Shown in pieces: positions 49,301-61,639 of a DNA stretch of 64,000 bases. The position numbers and the translations under genes were made by a program. Origin of the DNA: a bacterium (GTDB taxonomy: Bacteria > UBA8248); the NCBI GenBank assembly GCA_965213685.1, contig CBDBZY010000018.1, positions 384,001 through 448,000 on the forward strand. The letters are read 5' to 3'. The notes under the pieces are model-generated. The model had not been told where the DNA came from. It saw nothing but the letters and a program-made list of their open reading frames with translations, and ran no database searches. Numbering within the stretch: position 1 is the stretch's first letter; each line of letters opens with the position of its first letter.

Positions 49301-52144
49301 ATGAGTATCGACTTGTGGTTTGGTAACTACAGAGTATGTCTGTTTCTGAATTTCTCTTCTGAGAAATCTGGCACAAGGTACCTCTCAATTTTCAACTTTA
49401 TATTCCAGGCATCATGGGTAGATAAGATGAAGGAGTGTCTTGAAAACCGGCTAAAAATGAGCAGAAGAAAAATGAAGAGGCAGGGAGATACAGCCAGCCC
49501 TAGTGCAAAACGTCAGCGGAGCTCCCATCCTAAAGATCACTTGCTGCAACGGTCAGTATTTGTTGAACTTCCTACGTCTAGCATGCAATATTTCATAGTA
49601 CTTATTAATTGTAGGTATCCAGTACGAGTACAAGATGTAGAATCTGAGGACCCAAGAAGTGTGGTAGAGCATAACAAGGCCCTGTGTGAAGAAATGAAGA
49701 AGCCAAAACCTAGAGACGCCCTCCTTTTGCCATTGATGAAGAAGACCTTCCAAGACCGGAGGATTTTCATTCAAAATGATGCATCTACAGTTGTGGAGAT
49801 ACTGGAGCACTACCCAGCTATGGCACGACCAGCAGTGGTAAGCCTCGTTTTGAGTACTACAATAGAATAGGCATTGCTAACAATTTTCGGGCATTACTGA
49901 TGGTGTTGCTGTGCATGGAGGGCCTGAGGTACACAACTGACAATTAATTGAGGCCTCTACCTTCCTGTACAGATTGAACAGGAAATTGCTCTTATTGTCG
50001 GAAAGAAGGACATTCGAACCACATTTGAATCATCTTGGGTGTCCTCTTATGTGCCTGCCCTTCTCCAGTATGGAGAAAGGAGCAAGAAGAAGGCAATAAG
50101 ATGTATTTATGGGCAACTCATAGAGTCAGGTACTAATACAGAGACACCTTACCTGTGTATTTGTGCATGAACAGTCTCTTACCATGTTTCTGCAGATGAT
50201 ACGTCCAGACAAGTAACTGCTTTGACTCTGTTGGTGGCGTGTATGAAATGTCCAACTGAAAAGGATGTTAACCCTTTATGCTACCTGTATCAGCAATACG
50301 ATGTAAGTACTTGATTTGAATGTGGAATGGAATAATTATTGTGTATATACTATCTGGTGCAAAGTCACATACAAATTATGTGTTCTTTCATCTAGGTTAC
50401 TGAGACACCTGAGCACGTTTGTCGGGAGACAACCTCCCGGAATTCTCCAAGAATAGCTGCCTTCATTGGAGAAGAGTCTCAACAATATTTTATACTCCTT
50501 GAGCAGAGGGTCCTCTGCCAGGTTTCATCACTTCAGTTTGCGTTATTCATTATGTTCAGTGCTTACTATACATTTCATTTGGAGTATCCTAAGCCTGTGA
50601 AGAATGTCATGCTATTTCTTCAAGATTATGTGTTGTCATTTCCAGATGGGCAGCGTAGACCTGCCACTTACCTTGCCACTGCGTCTGATATTAAGAAACT
50701 CTCTCTTTGACTAATTGTTTTTCGTGTTTTTCACTTGTACTCAGGATTTTTGTAGAACTCAATCCATGTTTTTGTGACTTCACTAACTGTGGATAGTAGT
50801 TGTATATGCTTGATGAGGTGAATAGTGGTAGATATCACATGGGGGTGTAAATTAACTGAAAGTGTGTTGGTTAAGGTTAGTTACATGAAGGTAGTAGTAC
50901 TGGACTGTGGTAGTTTTTGCCACTAACAGGTGTGGTTAAATGGCAGTAGAAAGGGTGTTTTTCTTCTTATAGTAACATGAGAACAATCTTTGGAGTGGTT
51001 TCTTTACACAAGTGATACAAACTTTAAAACTCTAAATAAAAGGATTACTTGTAACTTTTAATTGGATTAAATAATCTGTGATTGGTGGTACAGCACACTT
51101 CAAACATTAGGGTTAGTACAATCCATCAGGGAGGTAGTTTATCCTTCCTTAACAGTGAAAAAACCCTACATTATGTTGTTTTAAACTCTGTCATTACCAG
51201 TTGATTTTAACTCTTCCTGATTACTCTCAACCACTGTATGGATATGAATAATCACATTGTGAGAGGGTGACTATCACCATTAACTAAGAAGGGGATATGT
51301 AACCACTTTGTGGGTTGCCTGAGTTGCAGGTGAAGTCACCCAATTTTTATGGTTGAAGTAACCATTTCTTTTTTACAGTGTGGTTGCCTCACAGGTTTAG
51401 GTATGACCTCTGTCCAAATGGTATACACACCCATCTATGCAGCCATGGATTGAAAATCCATATGTCTTCAGTTTGTCATTCCCATCCATATGCCAGCAGA
51501 AATTTGGCCCCTAATATTGATATATATATACTAAAGTTACATACAACATAAAACAGATGATATTTCTATATACCTTTGAGCTATAATTCCTTCTCACAAG
51601 CCGATGCTTTCTCCTCAGTCTTACACTCTCTGGATCAATAGCTGCTAGTGTTTGCCTCACAAATTCCCTAATGAAAAGTTATGTCCTTTTCCAGCAGCAC
51701 TTAAATCCTGCATACTTAATAGCATACCTTGGTACTCGAATTTTGTATTTCCTTAATAGCCTCAAGTGCAGAGCTCGATAGCCCAGCAGGGAACCAGACT
51801 GACTGAGTTCAAACTACATAGGTATAGTGTAAGGCTCGTTTGTGACATAACTCTACCAGTTAACTGTGATGTTGACATATACTTACCATTATACACCTTC
51901 CAACGTGCTGTAGATCACTGTAACCTCCTCTTCTTCTCAACTGTTGCCTTTTCAGACTACGCTTTAATGTCCTAAGGGATATGAAAATACCATACACCGC
52001 AACCAGGAAGCATAAAATCAGTTCGTATTGGAAGCCTTCGTCAAAAAGACTTCGAAAAATGTCGTCCCTTGACAGTCCATAAGGAAGAGGTAGAGCATTC
52101 ACCGTCTCCAAGAGAGTGCAGAGCGCTACTGCAAATACCGCCAT
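43393..52144 (-). CDS. IS3EU-like transposase (Clr5-like domain + rve integrase DDE), spliced; probable frameshift near 43480
   Basis: YGIFISLRTLKRSLKRQQLRRR; GSLLGYRALH; GPNFCWHMDGNDKLKTYGFSIHGCIDG|FSRKVLWL; PRLIRTDRGTEN; GKSVSNQRIERFW; WNTHLIR. Confidence 0.85.
44961..45029 (+). ncRNA. Type I hammerhead ribozyme
   Basis: Stem I AGCCUA/UAGGCU; core CUGAUGA; stem II GUCCC/GGGAC; GAAA; stem III AGGUCG/UGACCU with loop UCAAAG; cleavage triplet UUC (after 45023). All core nucleotides present. Confidence 0.85.
45097..47918 (-). pseudogene. EnSpm-type transposase with N-terminal C2H2 fingers; one in-frame TGA at 45868-45870
   Basis: YKCPMC..HLRLLH, CGIGGC..HIYRRH; FFDEPELCNPLG..HKL; GDNLGSNTIGGFKESFS..CRTC; HDVMHDLLEG; TPKFHFLFHYP..GP..WNMRNEAK. 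Exons ~47918-47602, 47509-47179, 46995-45097. Confidence 0.85.
48177..50710 (+). CDS. SAM-domain (SAMD3-like) accessory gene of the EnSpm element, ~8 exons
   Basis: ELSAWLEEKGIPQEFCRVFE|DNYIDGTEFVALSEAEIKEMVPPIGLAKKI (SAM); ALILKYPFMKD; LMKKTFQDRR..ILEHYP; C-terminal FSAYYTFHLEYPKPVKNVMLFLQDYV. Confidence 0.8.
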
Positions 52145-52594
52145 GTTTAACAGCTATAAAGATAAACACTGCGCATGCTCAGGATGCATGATCGCATGGC
52201 CAAGGGGCGTGCAAAATGAAGGTGATGGAAGTGGAATCACCATGGAAGTGGAAGCTCCACGGAAGTGGAAGTTCTATGGAAGTGGAATTTCTATGGAAGT
52301 GGAAGTTTGATGGAAATGGAAGCTTGCCGAAGACGGTAGTGGATGGCCCGTTTGGGCCACCATATTTCCTTTTCCTTGTCCTTTTTTTCTAGAAGGTGAG
52401 CTGTTGCGTGTGCCTAGTTTTGGGGTTGTGTTTGTGTGCGACTTGTGTATGGATGGTAGATGGTCCACATGGGTGGTGAGAGTTGGTGCACCATCAAAGA
52501 TCTTTAAGCCCCATTCCTAACTCTTAAGGTTGGGCATGTGGACCATCTGCCTTCTGTTCTGTTCTTATATGTGTAGGCTTGTTGCTTTCCCCTT

Positions 52595-52780
52595 TTCTAA
52601 GCCGTTGAGGTTGTTAGAGATATATATCTTTCTAAACCAATGAAGCTGCTGTACATATCTATTTTTCTAAGCCGTTGAGGTTGTTACAGATATTTCTAAG
52701 CCGTTGAGGTTGCTAATATTTCTAAGCCGTTGAGGCTGTTTCCAGATATTAAACTATATATTTCTAAGCCCCGAGGTTGT
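52595..52780. repeat. Short repeat ttctaagccgttgagg, about five copies
   Basis: Directly visible. Confidence 0.8.
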
Positions 52781-52929
52781 TGCGGATTTAGGTTTGTTGT
52801 ATAGCGTGTGGTTCTTCTTTCTTTCTTCTCTGTTCTCTTTCTCTTTCTGCTTATTGTGGTGCACTATGCACGTGATTGTTCATGTAGAGTGTGGCAGTGT
52901 GAGAGTGGCCAAAGTGTACTGGGCTGAGT

Positions 52930-53850
52930 ATATGTGTCACAAGACCTGTAAACTTAGACCTCCTTTAGACAAGCCAGCCTTCATGGCCGCCTGTGTATTC
53001 GATAGCTGTGTGCCGTGTACATTCAGATCTGCATGTAGGCACTGATACACACCATTTTTGTTCCATTAGCCTCGCAACGGCAGGTTTTGATGTGGTGTGT
53101 TAGTTGCCAGAGCTCTGGACATTGGGAACATGTGTAGTGGGACACAGGTTGAGGAATAGACCCATTGAAAATGAATATACAGCTGCCATGTATAAACACC
53201 ACATCACTGCCAAACACGGCATTGTTAGCTTGACGCATGTTAAAGAGGATGGGGAGGAAGAGTGAGCAACAGTCTTTTTGAAGACACTACACTGGCTGGC
53301 ACAGGATTTGATATTAAAGAAAGTGTATAGGATTGGACTGTGCTACTGTAAAAGATTTCCCAAAGCTGAAAAGCTTTTGCAATTCAGCATGTGATCTTTA
53401 GTGTATGGACTGGGGTTGAGGGTCAGATGCATGCAGATATGTACATAGGTTATTGCTGGCCAGAGGTCTACATTATCCTTCCACTCTCTCCCTGGTAGCT
53501 CATAAGGATCACATCCCACAACTTGAATTGTGTCAGCATAGTGTCACTTCGACTCTGCATCAGCTACATGTATGCTAGTCACGTATTCTGGGAGAAAACC
53601 ACTTTCCAGATGTTTACTCAAAGCCATACTCACTAGGTATTTACGTGTGCGTGTACACTTTAGTACACCAATATGGCACATAGCAACCGTTGCCATGCAA
53701 ATGTATGAACCATGGCATAATATGCAATGGGTCTACAGCAATGCTGAATCTGTTGAAAGAGGTACAGCATGAACATGTGCATACATAAACATCAGTCAAA
53801 GGGGCAAGGCAATGCAAAGCAACTGTAACTACGGCTGAAGATAGCTCTTG
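52930..53850 (-). pseudogene. Highly decayed tyrosine recombinase (DIRS/Ngaro-like)
   Basis: Fragments TAHSYRI (cf. HSFRIGAAT), AMKAGLS, NMRQANNAVFGS (cf. KQSKTD.FG), with many stops and frameshifts. Confidence 0.35.
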
Positions 53851-55201
53851 GAAAGAAATGAGATGTGTCTCAGGTACATGTAGAACTGGAACATGCTCCA
53901 TACTGCACACTGCATATATGCTCCACCAACTGAGCCACTGAGGCAGCTTAGCTGGGTGGGCTGAATATTTAAGGGTTATACAAGGGCCATGGTGTCTCCC
54001 CTGTTGGACAGAGCAGCTGTTAACTTAGCAATATATACACACTACACTGTAGTGTGGTCCACTGCCCTTAATGCTCTTGCTCATAAAACATGCTGTAATT
54101 GTGTCCCATGCGGTGCCCACTCCACTGCCAGTGAGACCTGATATTGGCAGACCCATCCTGCACAATAGTTAGCACACCTGACCAGAGAGCTGGGGCAGTA
54201 TGCACATTGTACGTTTTGGGAGGGAGGGGGGGACACAAACAATGTGCCCTCCTTGGCTGTGCAGGTTGTTTACACCACTTATTCACCTCTCAATCTTTAC
54301 TGTTTACTGTTTGGTCACCTTTGCCTCTCCCCCCAAAGTTCCTGGCTCCATGGCTCACTCGTGGCTCCAAAGGGGCAGCACAGCCCCCCCTCCCCCAGGG
54401 AGAGCTCTGGCATGTGCTGCAGTATATGTACATGTCCATGTGCAGCTTATCTTATTCATGTACATGTACATGCACTCGTACTACTGCACTGCCTTAAAGT
54501 AGCTTCATGAGGCACATGTGCCCGTCACAGGCAACATAACCATGTACATGTACATGTGTGTACATGTACCTGTACTAATATACTGTCTTTTGAGACGTCC
54601 TCTTCTCCCTCCCTCCCTTCCCTATTGTCTCAGCTCAGGTGGCATCGCAGTCAGGGCTCACATGTACCTGTGCATGTACATGTAGTCGCAATGCTTTGTG
54701 TGGAACAGCTGTAGAACGTCTTGAGTGTCTGTGGTCATTGTGTTATCCCATCTCATCCCTGCACTGCTGGCTTTGTGGGGGGGTCCCTACGATGTACATG
54801 AAGGTTTGTAGTGGATGATTTTCTGGAAGCCGCAATCGCCCTTCCTCCCCCCTCCTCTCCTGTGGTGGCTGTATCACCCCATCCCATCCCAGCACTGCTG
54901 GCTTTATAGGTTTTGAGGTGGGGGGTTTCCCTAGAATGTACATGTGGTTATGTAACAGATGATTTTCTGGAAACCGCAATCACTCAGGCTGATGTGTGGT
55001 GCATGTACTTACAGAAGTGCTGCAACCACAGCAGCTTATGTAGTCACAGCAGTGAGTGGGTGATGAGAGCCAGCCACCTTTGGAACAGCTGTCTGCTGCT
55101 TCCCCAGCTTGCTCTAGCTCACCTCGACATGCATGGCCTGAGGGCTAACTCTTGGTGTGCATGCACCAGAGGGGGAATTACTTTAGTTGTCCTGTGTGTC
55201 T

Positions 55202-55232
<31 letters not shown>

Positions 55233-57067
55233 GCAGGAGCTAATCTGCAGAATGGTGCTAGCAGACATCTAACCGAAGGCACTAGCAGGTTGAGTGGCAC
55301 ATTTTCCCCAAGAATAGGAAACCTTTTCTCTAAACCTGCTTTATTGGAAGGTTAGCACATTAAACTTACCAGGACCAAGCCAGCTGGAGTCCACTATTTT
55401 GTTCATGTTGCAATGCTTTACCTTTCCATTTCACGTCCGTAAAGCTAATGCAATTATGGTCCTTCATAGGTGCATGCATGTACGAGACTACAATAGTGTG
55501 CACACGTGTACGTACACTGACCATACAACATGCAAGACAAGGCAGGACACTAGACTATAGCCCAATTGAGTTGACGTAAACCAACAATGCTTGCATTATC
55601 TGAACAGGCTGTTGTAGCATGCAATGAAACTGTGCCAAGGGTTTGTACTTTGGTGCTTTTCATTTATGCGCAACCCAGTACGAGACTACCCACCAATATC
55701 TGTAGCGGAATATGCTGTCCAAAGACATTTGGTCTCTCTCTCCTCTACCATTCTAACTGACTTAACAGTATTATCTCTTGGTACACAAAATCAGTCTGGT
55801 TGACTGACCGGGCATCTGCATATACATATACATGTGTATGTAAGCTCACAATCCGCTCTCCCCTCCCAAAACTCACACCCTCACATATTATGCAAGCTAG
55901 CACACATGTACATACCCATCCCTCCCTTCCTCCCTGCCTCCCCCTCCTCCTCCCTTCATCCCTACTTGTCTCTGTTCAGTCAGCATCATGGTCAGTGCTG
56001 ACATGTGCATGTACATGTAGTTGCAATGCTTTGTGTGAAATGCAATGCAGCTGTAGAAGTTTTGAGTGTTTGTGGCGGTTAATTGTATCACCCCATCTCA
56101 TCCCTGCACTGGTGGCTCTATGTTTTGAGGTGCAGGATTTCCCTAGGATGTAGTTTAACAGTGACGTAGGAAGATGATTTTGTAAGGGGGTCACCAGATT
56201 TTTGGATATGTGCGTGAAGTCTCGGTCTTGAAATCCTCGCAGTTCGCATTTAATAGATACTCGCAATTAAAACCCGACCTACGGTATAGTATGTATATGT
56301 ACGTATGTATGCATATTATGTACATGTACAATATAGATGATGATGATAAATGTGCAAGTTGATTAAGTCGCAGAGATGTGATCATGTACAATTTATGTAC
56401 ATGTCATTGATTATCGCAACATGTACAATTGCACATGATCACATCTCTGCGACTTATCAAAGACAAGGCACAAGAGCCCAACTGCACCTGACACAACTCA
56501 CTTTCCCTCTTTCTGTGCATGTACATGTGCATGTGTGTAAGCAGTATTGCATCCTTGCTTTCCGCTTACCTTTCTCTCTTCCTTCCTTCTGCCCTCTAAC
56601 CCTCCTCTGCCTTCTTTCCACCCTCCCTCTCTTTCCTTGTCTCCTCCCCCCTCCATCTTGTCTCTTTCCCACAGCATCACTGTTGGGAGTGTGGTCTATT
56701 GCTGCATGGAACATACCAATACTTTTGTGCCTCATTCAACTTTAATGTGAGCGTGGAACACTCCTCCTCCCCTCACACACTTCAGGAGTGGCAACACTAT
56801 TACCATTTAGCAAATGTGTTTTGTTCTTACAGTACTTCATTGTCCATTGCTTCTTGTGGCTGTTCTTAAGTCATACCAAAGTACATTACTACTAGCTATT
56901 TGTACTTTGTAAGTAAATGGAACAAGGAACTGATGTTTTTTAAGATCAGCTGCGGTGCCGTGGTTACCATGTTAACCTTTGTGCATGGGAATGGTTGTAC
57001 ATGTAGTAGTTGGTGAGTAGGTGTGTATGTGTGTGCATGTGTGCATGTAGTCTCATGAACCAGACCA

Positions 57068-57130
<63 letters not shown>

Positions 57131-57259
57131 ATGTGCGTGTGTGCATGTGCGTGTGTGCATGAGTGCGTTCTTGCTAGGTGCAGAGTAAAGCCACACCTGA
57201 AATTACAGGATCTCCCTCTTACGTCATGGAATTACTGTTCGCATCATCTCAGCTATATA

Positions 57260-57540
57260 CCGTAAACGTTAGAATTACAGCGCCAAAAAAAAAAATTACA
57301 TTTCACCTTGGCGCTTAAATACGATCTGTATAAAATATTGTCCTTTCTAGGTGGCGCTTTAATTCGGGTGGCGCTTCTTAAGTAGAACGAGTCAGCACAG
57401 TCAGATGGGCGTTGCTATTTACTAAGCGCCACCAAAAAATGATTCAGGTTAGACATTGGCGCTACTATTTGATGAAAAAAATTAAGTAATGTACAAGTGG
57501 CGCTTAGTATTGGGTGGCGCTGTAATTCGAAAGTTTACGG
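57260..57540. mobile_element. pogo/Tigger-like MITE, TA TSD
   Basis: ta|ccgtaaacgttagaattacagcgcc ... ggcgctgtaattcgaaagtttacgg|ta. Confidence 0.8.
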
Positions 57541-59429
57541 TAGCTCACATGTACACGTAGTCACGAAACGCACTTGCACAAACGAACAAGTTTCTTCATT
57601 CTAACAAGCTAGTCGTTTCTTAGTGTCTGCAAGCTGCCATCCAACACCAAAGCGCCATCATGCCTAGCTACAAAGGTAAAGAGTTCACGGTGTTAGTTTG
57701 AAGGGGTTGTACCAGGCACTGTAGATATTCAACCTCGTGTCGGTGAGGTATGCACGCACAGTCACAAAGCACACACATACACATGCACACGTTTCAAGCT
57801 ATTCGCTTCTTATTGTCTCTTGATTGCCAAAAAGCTGCCATCCAACGCCTAGTCTCACGGGCCAGACCCTCTCGGCAAGCGGTTTGCCGTGAGGATCTGG
57901 CTCACTAGACTATTTTACAGGGTTGTACACTTTCTCAACTCTCCTTGTAATACAGTGCAGTAGGAAACAGATTTAAAGATATTACCATGAGTAAGAAGAG
58001 AGCTTGTGCTGAAGCAGGTTCTACCTGTAGACCATAGACGTCAAAACTGGTAGATGCGCAGTAAGCTGGAGCTCCTCCCTGATCCACAAGCCATGTCTCA
58101 TGAACCAAAGCCCATTTCAAGAAATGAAGAATACTTTTCATACTATGGATGAGCTGGATCTTTTCAATCAAAGTAAGAACAGGCTTGATCAAATCAGTGA
58201 AGACAGTAAAGTGTCTCGGATGATTGGAAAATATATATATGGGTGGAACACTGTGTACCCTATTGCATCATGTCTCAACTCCATTCCTAACTCCTTGAAA
58301 GAAGTTCACAAGAAATTCTTAGAGAAGGCATGCCCAGGTAAGGAGAAAGAGATTGTGCACAACATAACTCTATTCCTAGTAGAAAATTGCCGTAAAAATT
58401 TTCTCTCCCTTCCCAAAAAATGAAATGGAGATTATTGCCCCACCTATGGTAGATTGTTTAGAGTGTGGGTCTCAACTGGTCTCATATACCATTCCTGTGA
58501 TATAAAGCTGTATTCCTTGAATGGTGCAAAGGTTCTAACCCTGCATTGTTAGCATTGCTAATTACACTATATACAATTACTTACAATTTGGAAAGTGGAC
58601 TTTCAGTATTACCCACAGTTGCAACCAGTAACAGAAGTGACAGATACAACATTCGTACACTGCATGTATCAAAATTAATGAAGGTAAATTAGTCATACAT
58701 GTAACTATAAGTGATCGTTATTAATGCCAGGTTCATATACTTTTTGTAACAAGGTTGAATGTTCATGATGCTTGTACAGAGTCACCTGTATATGGACAGG
58801 CATTTTCATTGCTCATTCCTGAAAGAGCATGCTCCAGCAGTTCCAACAGGACTGAAAGAATACTTGAAGTACTGTGGTGTTGTGACTGAAAGTAAAGTAA
58901 AATGCTTACCATATGTGATAATAGCCTGATACAGTAATATTCTCTAAGTACGCAGATGAAAATGGTATTGCGGACTCAGATGTTGAAAAAGTAGAAGTTG
59001 CTGTTAATACACATCCCAGAACAGAAGGAATTGGAGAGTTTGCAGCAACTTCTCAGGGTATGCTGTTGTATAGTAGCAGGAAGAGTAAACTCCTGAACTC
59101 GATATACTATGATCTCTGTGTAAGGGACAGCTACATGCACTACTGGAGGAGCACCCTTCAATGGTTTAAACAGCTGCTGTAGCTAATCCTGCTGATAAAC
59201 TTTGGAGAAAGGATGTAGGATCATTGAAATACCTACAACATTGGTCAAGAGGTCATCAGTTTGTTGTGAGGGGTGGAGGACATATTGACACACAGTCACC
59301 CCTGTACAACACATTTCAGAGTCTGGTTTAGTGTCCATCATTTGAAGTAGAGAATATTGATGCATTTGTAGAGATTTTCATCATGTGACCACGATCTAAC
59401 GGCACAGGGTGCGTATCTGATGTAAATTC

Positions 59430-59800
59430 TTTTCTTCACGTGAACACTGTCCAACAGCACACAGTATATACGATTGCTCTGTGAACATTCTTCCTCACGT
59501 GAACACTATCCAACGGCACATAGCATGATTGTACAATTGCTCTGTGAACATTTCTTCTTCACGTGAGCACTGTCCGACGGCACATAGCATACGGTTGTTC
59601 TGTCAACATTTTTCCCCGCGTGAACACTGTCTAACAGCACATAGTATATTCGATTGCTCTGTGAACATTTTTTTCTCACGTGAACCCTGTCCAACAGCAC
59701 ATAGTATATATGATTGCTCTGTGAACACGTTTTGCTTCACGTGAATACGATCTCATGGCACAGAGTATATCATAGTTCTCCATGAACATTTCACGTGAAC
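59430..59800. repeat. ~60-bp tandem repeat (cacgtgaacactgtccaacagcacatagtata..gattgctctgtgaaca)
   Basis: About six copies visible; probably a transposon subterminal array. Confidence 0.85.
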
Positions 59801-60096
59801 ACGAGCTGTCAATCAATCAATCGCGCGGAAACCTACAGCATGTTGAAATTGAAAGTTCTGCTAGGATTGCTAGACATGGACACACAATCACAGCCACTCT
59901 GACAGCTTTGAAGGTAACCGGAACACCAGCAAAACCAGTTTAAGTTCCAGCACGTTAGCGTACCATCGTCACGTGCAAATCGAGATGCCAGTGTGTTGAG
60001 ATATCGCGGAGGATTGAGAGAGAAAGTTCGGTTTCACCTCTGTACTAGCTTCAGGTAGTCAGAAATATTGTTCACGTGATCCTATAAGCCGGAACG

Positions 60097-61639
60097 TTCT
60101 TGCTAGGTGCAGAGTAACCGCACCGGAAATTTCAGGATCTCCTCTTACGTCACAGCATTACGGTTTTGTCTCTGTAGCTTAGAAGCTAAGTTGTTACGAA
60201 ACGCACTCGCACACATGCACACGTTTTATCAGTGTGACAAGCTAGTAGCTTTTTGTTGTCTGCAAGCTGCCAATAAACGCCTAAGCGCCACTGCGGAATT
60301 TTTAGTTTCCACCGGTTTTTTTTCCGGTATTTTTAGTTTCCACCGGTAATTATAAATATCCACTGGTATTTATAAATCCCCATCGGTATTTATAAATGCC
60401 CATCGATATTTATAAATCCCCACCGGTATTTATAAATCTCCACCGGTATTTATAAATGTCCATCGGTATTTATAAATGTCCATCGATATTTATAAATCTG
60501 AGGCTGGATTTACAAACTCTATCGACAAATACCAACTGGGATTTATAAATACTGTAGTGGAATATAAATCCTGACTTTCTCGCTAATTTTGACACAAACG
60601 GCGCCCCATAAATCATGCCTAGGTACAAAGGTACAAGAGTTTACTGTGTTAGCTTGCTACCGGGCATCAATGACATGCACTGTAGAAATTCAACCTCGAT
60701 CGTATAGGTATAAGGAAAGCGGCATGCACTGTCACAAAGCACACACGTACACATGCACACGTTTCATTAGAACAAGCTAGTCGCTTCTTATTGTTTTTTG
60801 ATGGCCAAAAAGCTGCCATCCAATGCCTAAATACCGAGTCACCATACCCAGTTGGCAAAGGTAAAAGTTTGTCTGCTAGCTACATCTCTATATTGTATGT
60901 GCAAACTACCGTACCCGGTTGAAGTTGAAGAGTACTGGTATACAGCAGGCGAATCCAACTCTTGCACCTTTGCAGCTAGGCACGCGTACGGTGGCGCTTA
61001 GGCGTTCTCCATTCATACATGACGAGAAGGCGTGGCTTCGCTTTGCGAGTGCGCAGCGCCGCTACCAGGTGAAGTGGCTGGATTTATAAATCTCCACCGG
61101 TATTTATAAATCCCCACCGGTATTTATCAATCTCCACCGGTATTTATATATCTCCACCGGTATTTATAAATCCCCACCTGTATTTGTAAATCCCCACCGG
61201 TATTTATAAATCTTCACCGGTATTTTTAAATTTCCACCGGTATTTATCAATCTCCACCGGTACATAAAAATTTCCACTGGTATTTATAAATCCCCATCGA
61301 TATTTATAAATGTCCATCAATATTTATAAATCAGAGGCTTCACTCTATCGACAGTATTTATAAATACCAACTGGGATTTATAAATACTGTATAGGAATAT
61401 AAATCGGGACATTCTCACTAATTTTGACACAAACGGCGCCCCATAAGAAATGACTAGCTTGTTAGAATGAAGAAACTTGTTCATATGTGTAGGTGTGCGT
61501 TTCGTGACTACGTGCACATGTGAGCTACAGATGGCTAGGCTGATCCATATAGTTACAGGTACTATGAACAGTAATTCCATGACGTAAGAGTGAGAGCCTT
61601 TAATTTCAGATGTGGCTTTTACTCTGCACCTAGCAAGAA
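60097..61639. mobile_element. Non-autonomous DNA transposon with ttcttgctaggtgcagagtaa TIRs, ~8-9-bp TSD (ccggaacg) and 20-bp internal arrays; related left end at 57149-57850
   Basis: gccggaacg|ttcttgctaggtgcagagtaa ... ttactctgcacctagcaagaa|accggaacg; arrays of tatttataaatctccaccgg at 60300-60500 and 61080-61330. Confidence 0.7.

Larger units (their letters stand above)
44673..51380. mobile_element. EnSpm/CACTA (CMC) DNA transposon, 6.7 kb, 2-bp TSD TG
   Basis: tg|CACTGTAAAAAcggaaaggttac ... gtaaccatttctTTTTTACAGTG|tg; divergent transposase and SAM-domain genes. Confidence 0.9.
39379..52364 (-). mobile_element. IS3EU-type DNA transposon with kinase cargo and nested EnSpm insertion
   Basis: 124-bp TIRs (39379-39502, 52241-52364; one mismatch) starting TATGG; 6-bp TSD TTTCCT; Clr5-like + integrase-core transposase. 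Confidence 0.9.

Noticed and set aside
58100-59060. Possible KDZ/CxC5 transposase exons
   Set aside because: Only scattered Cys motifs with stops; cannot be assigned without a search.
59430-61330. Regular repeats resembling CRISPR
   Set aside because: Head-to-tail tandem units with no distinct spacers; transposon subterminal arrays.
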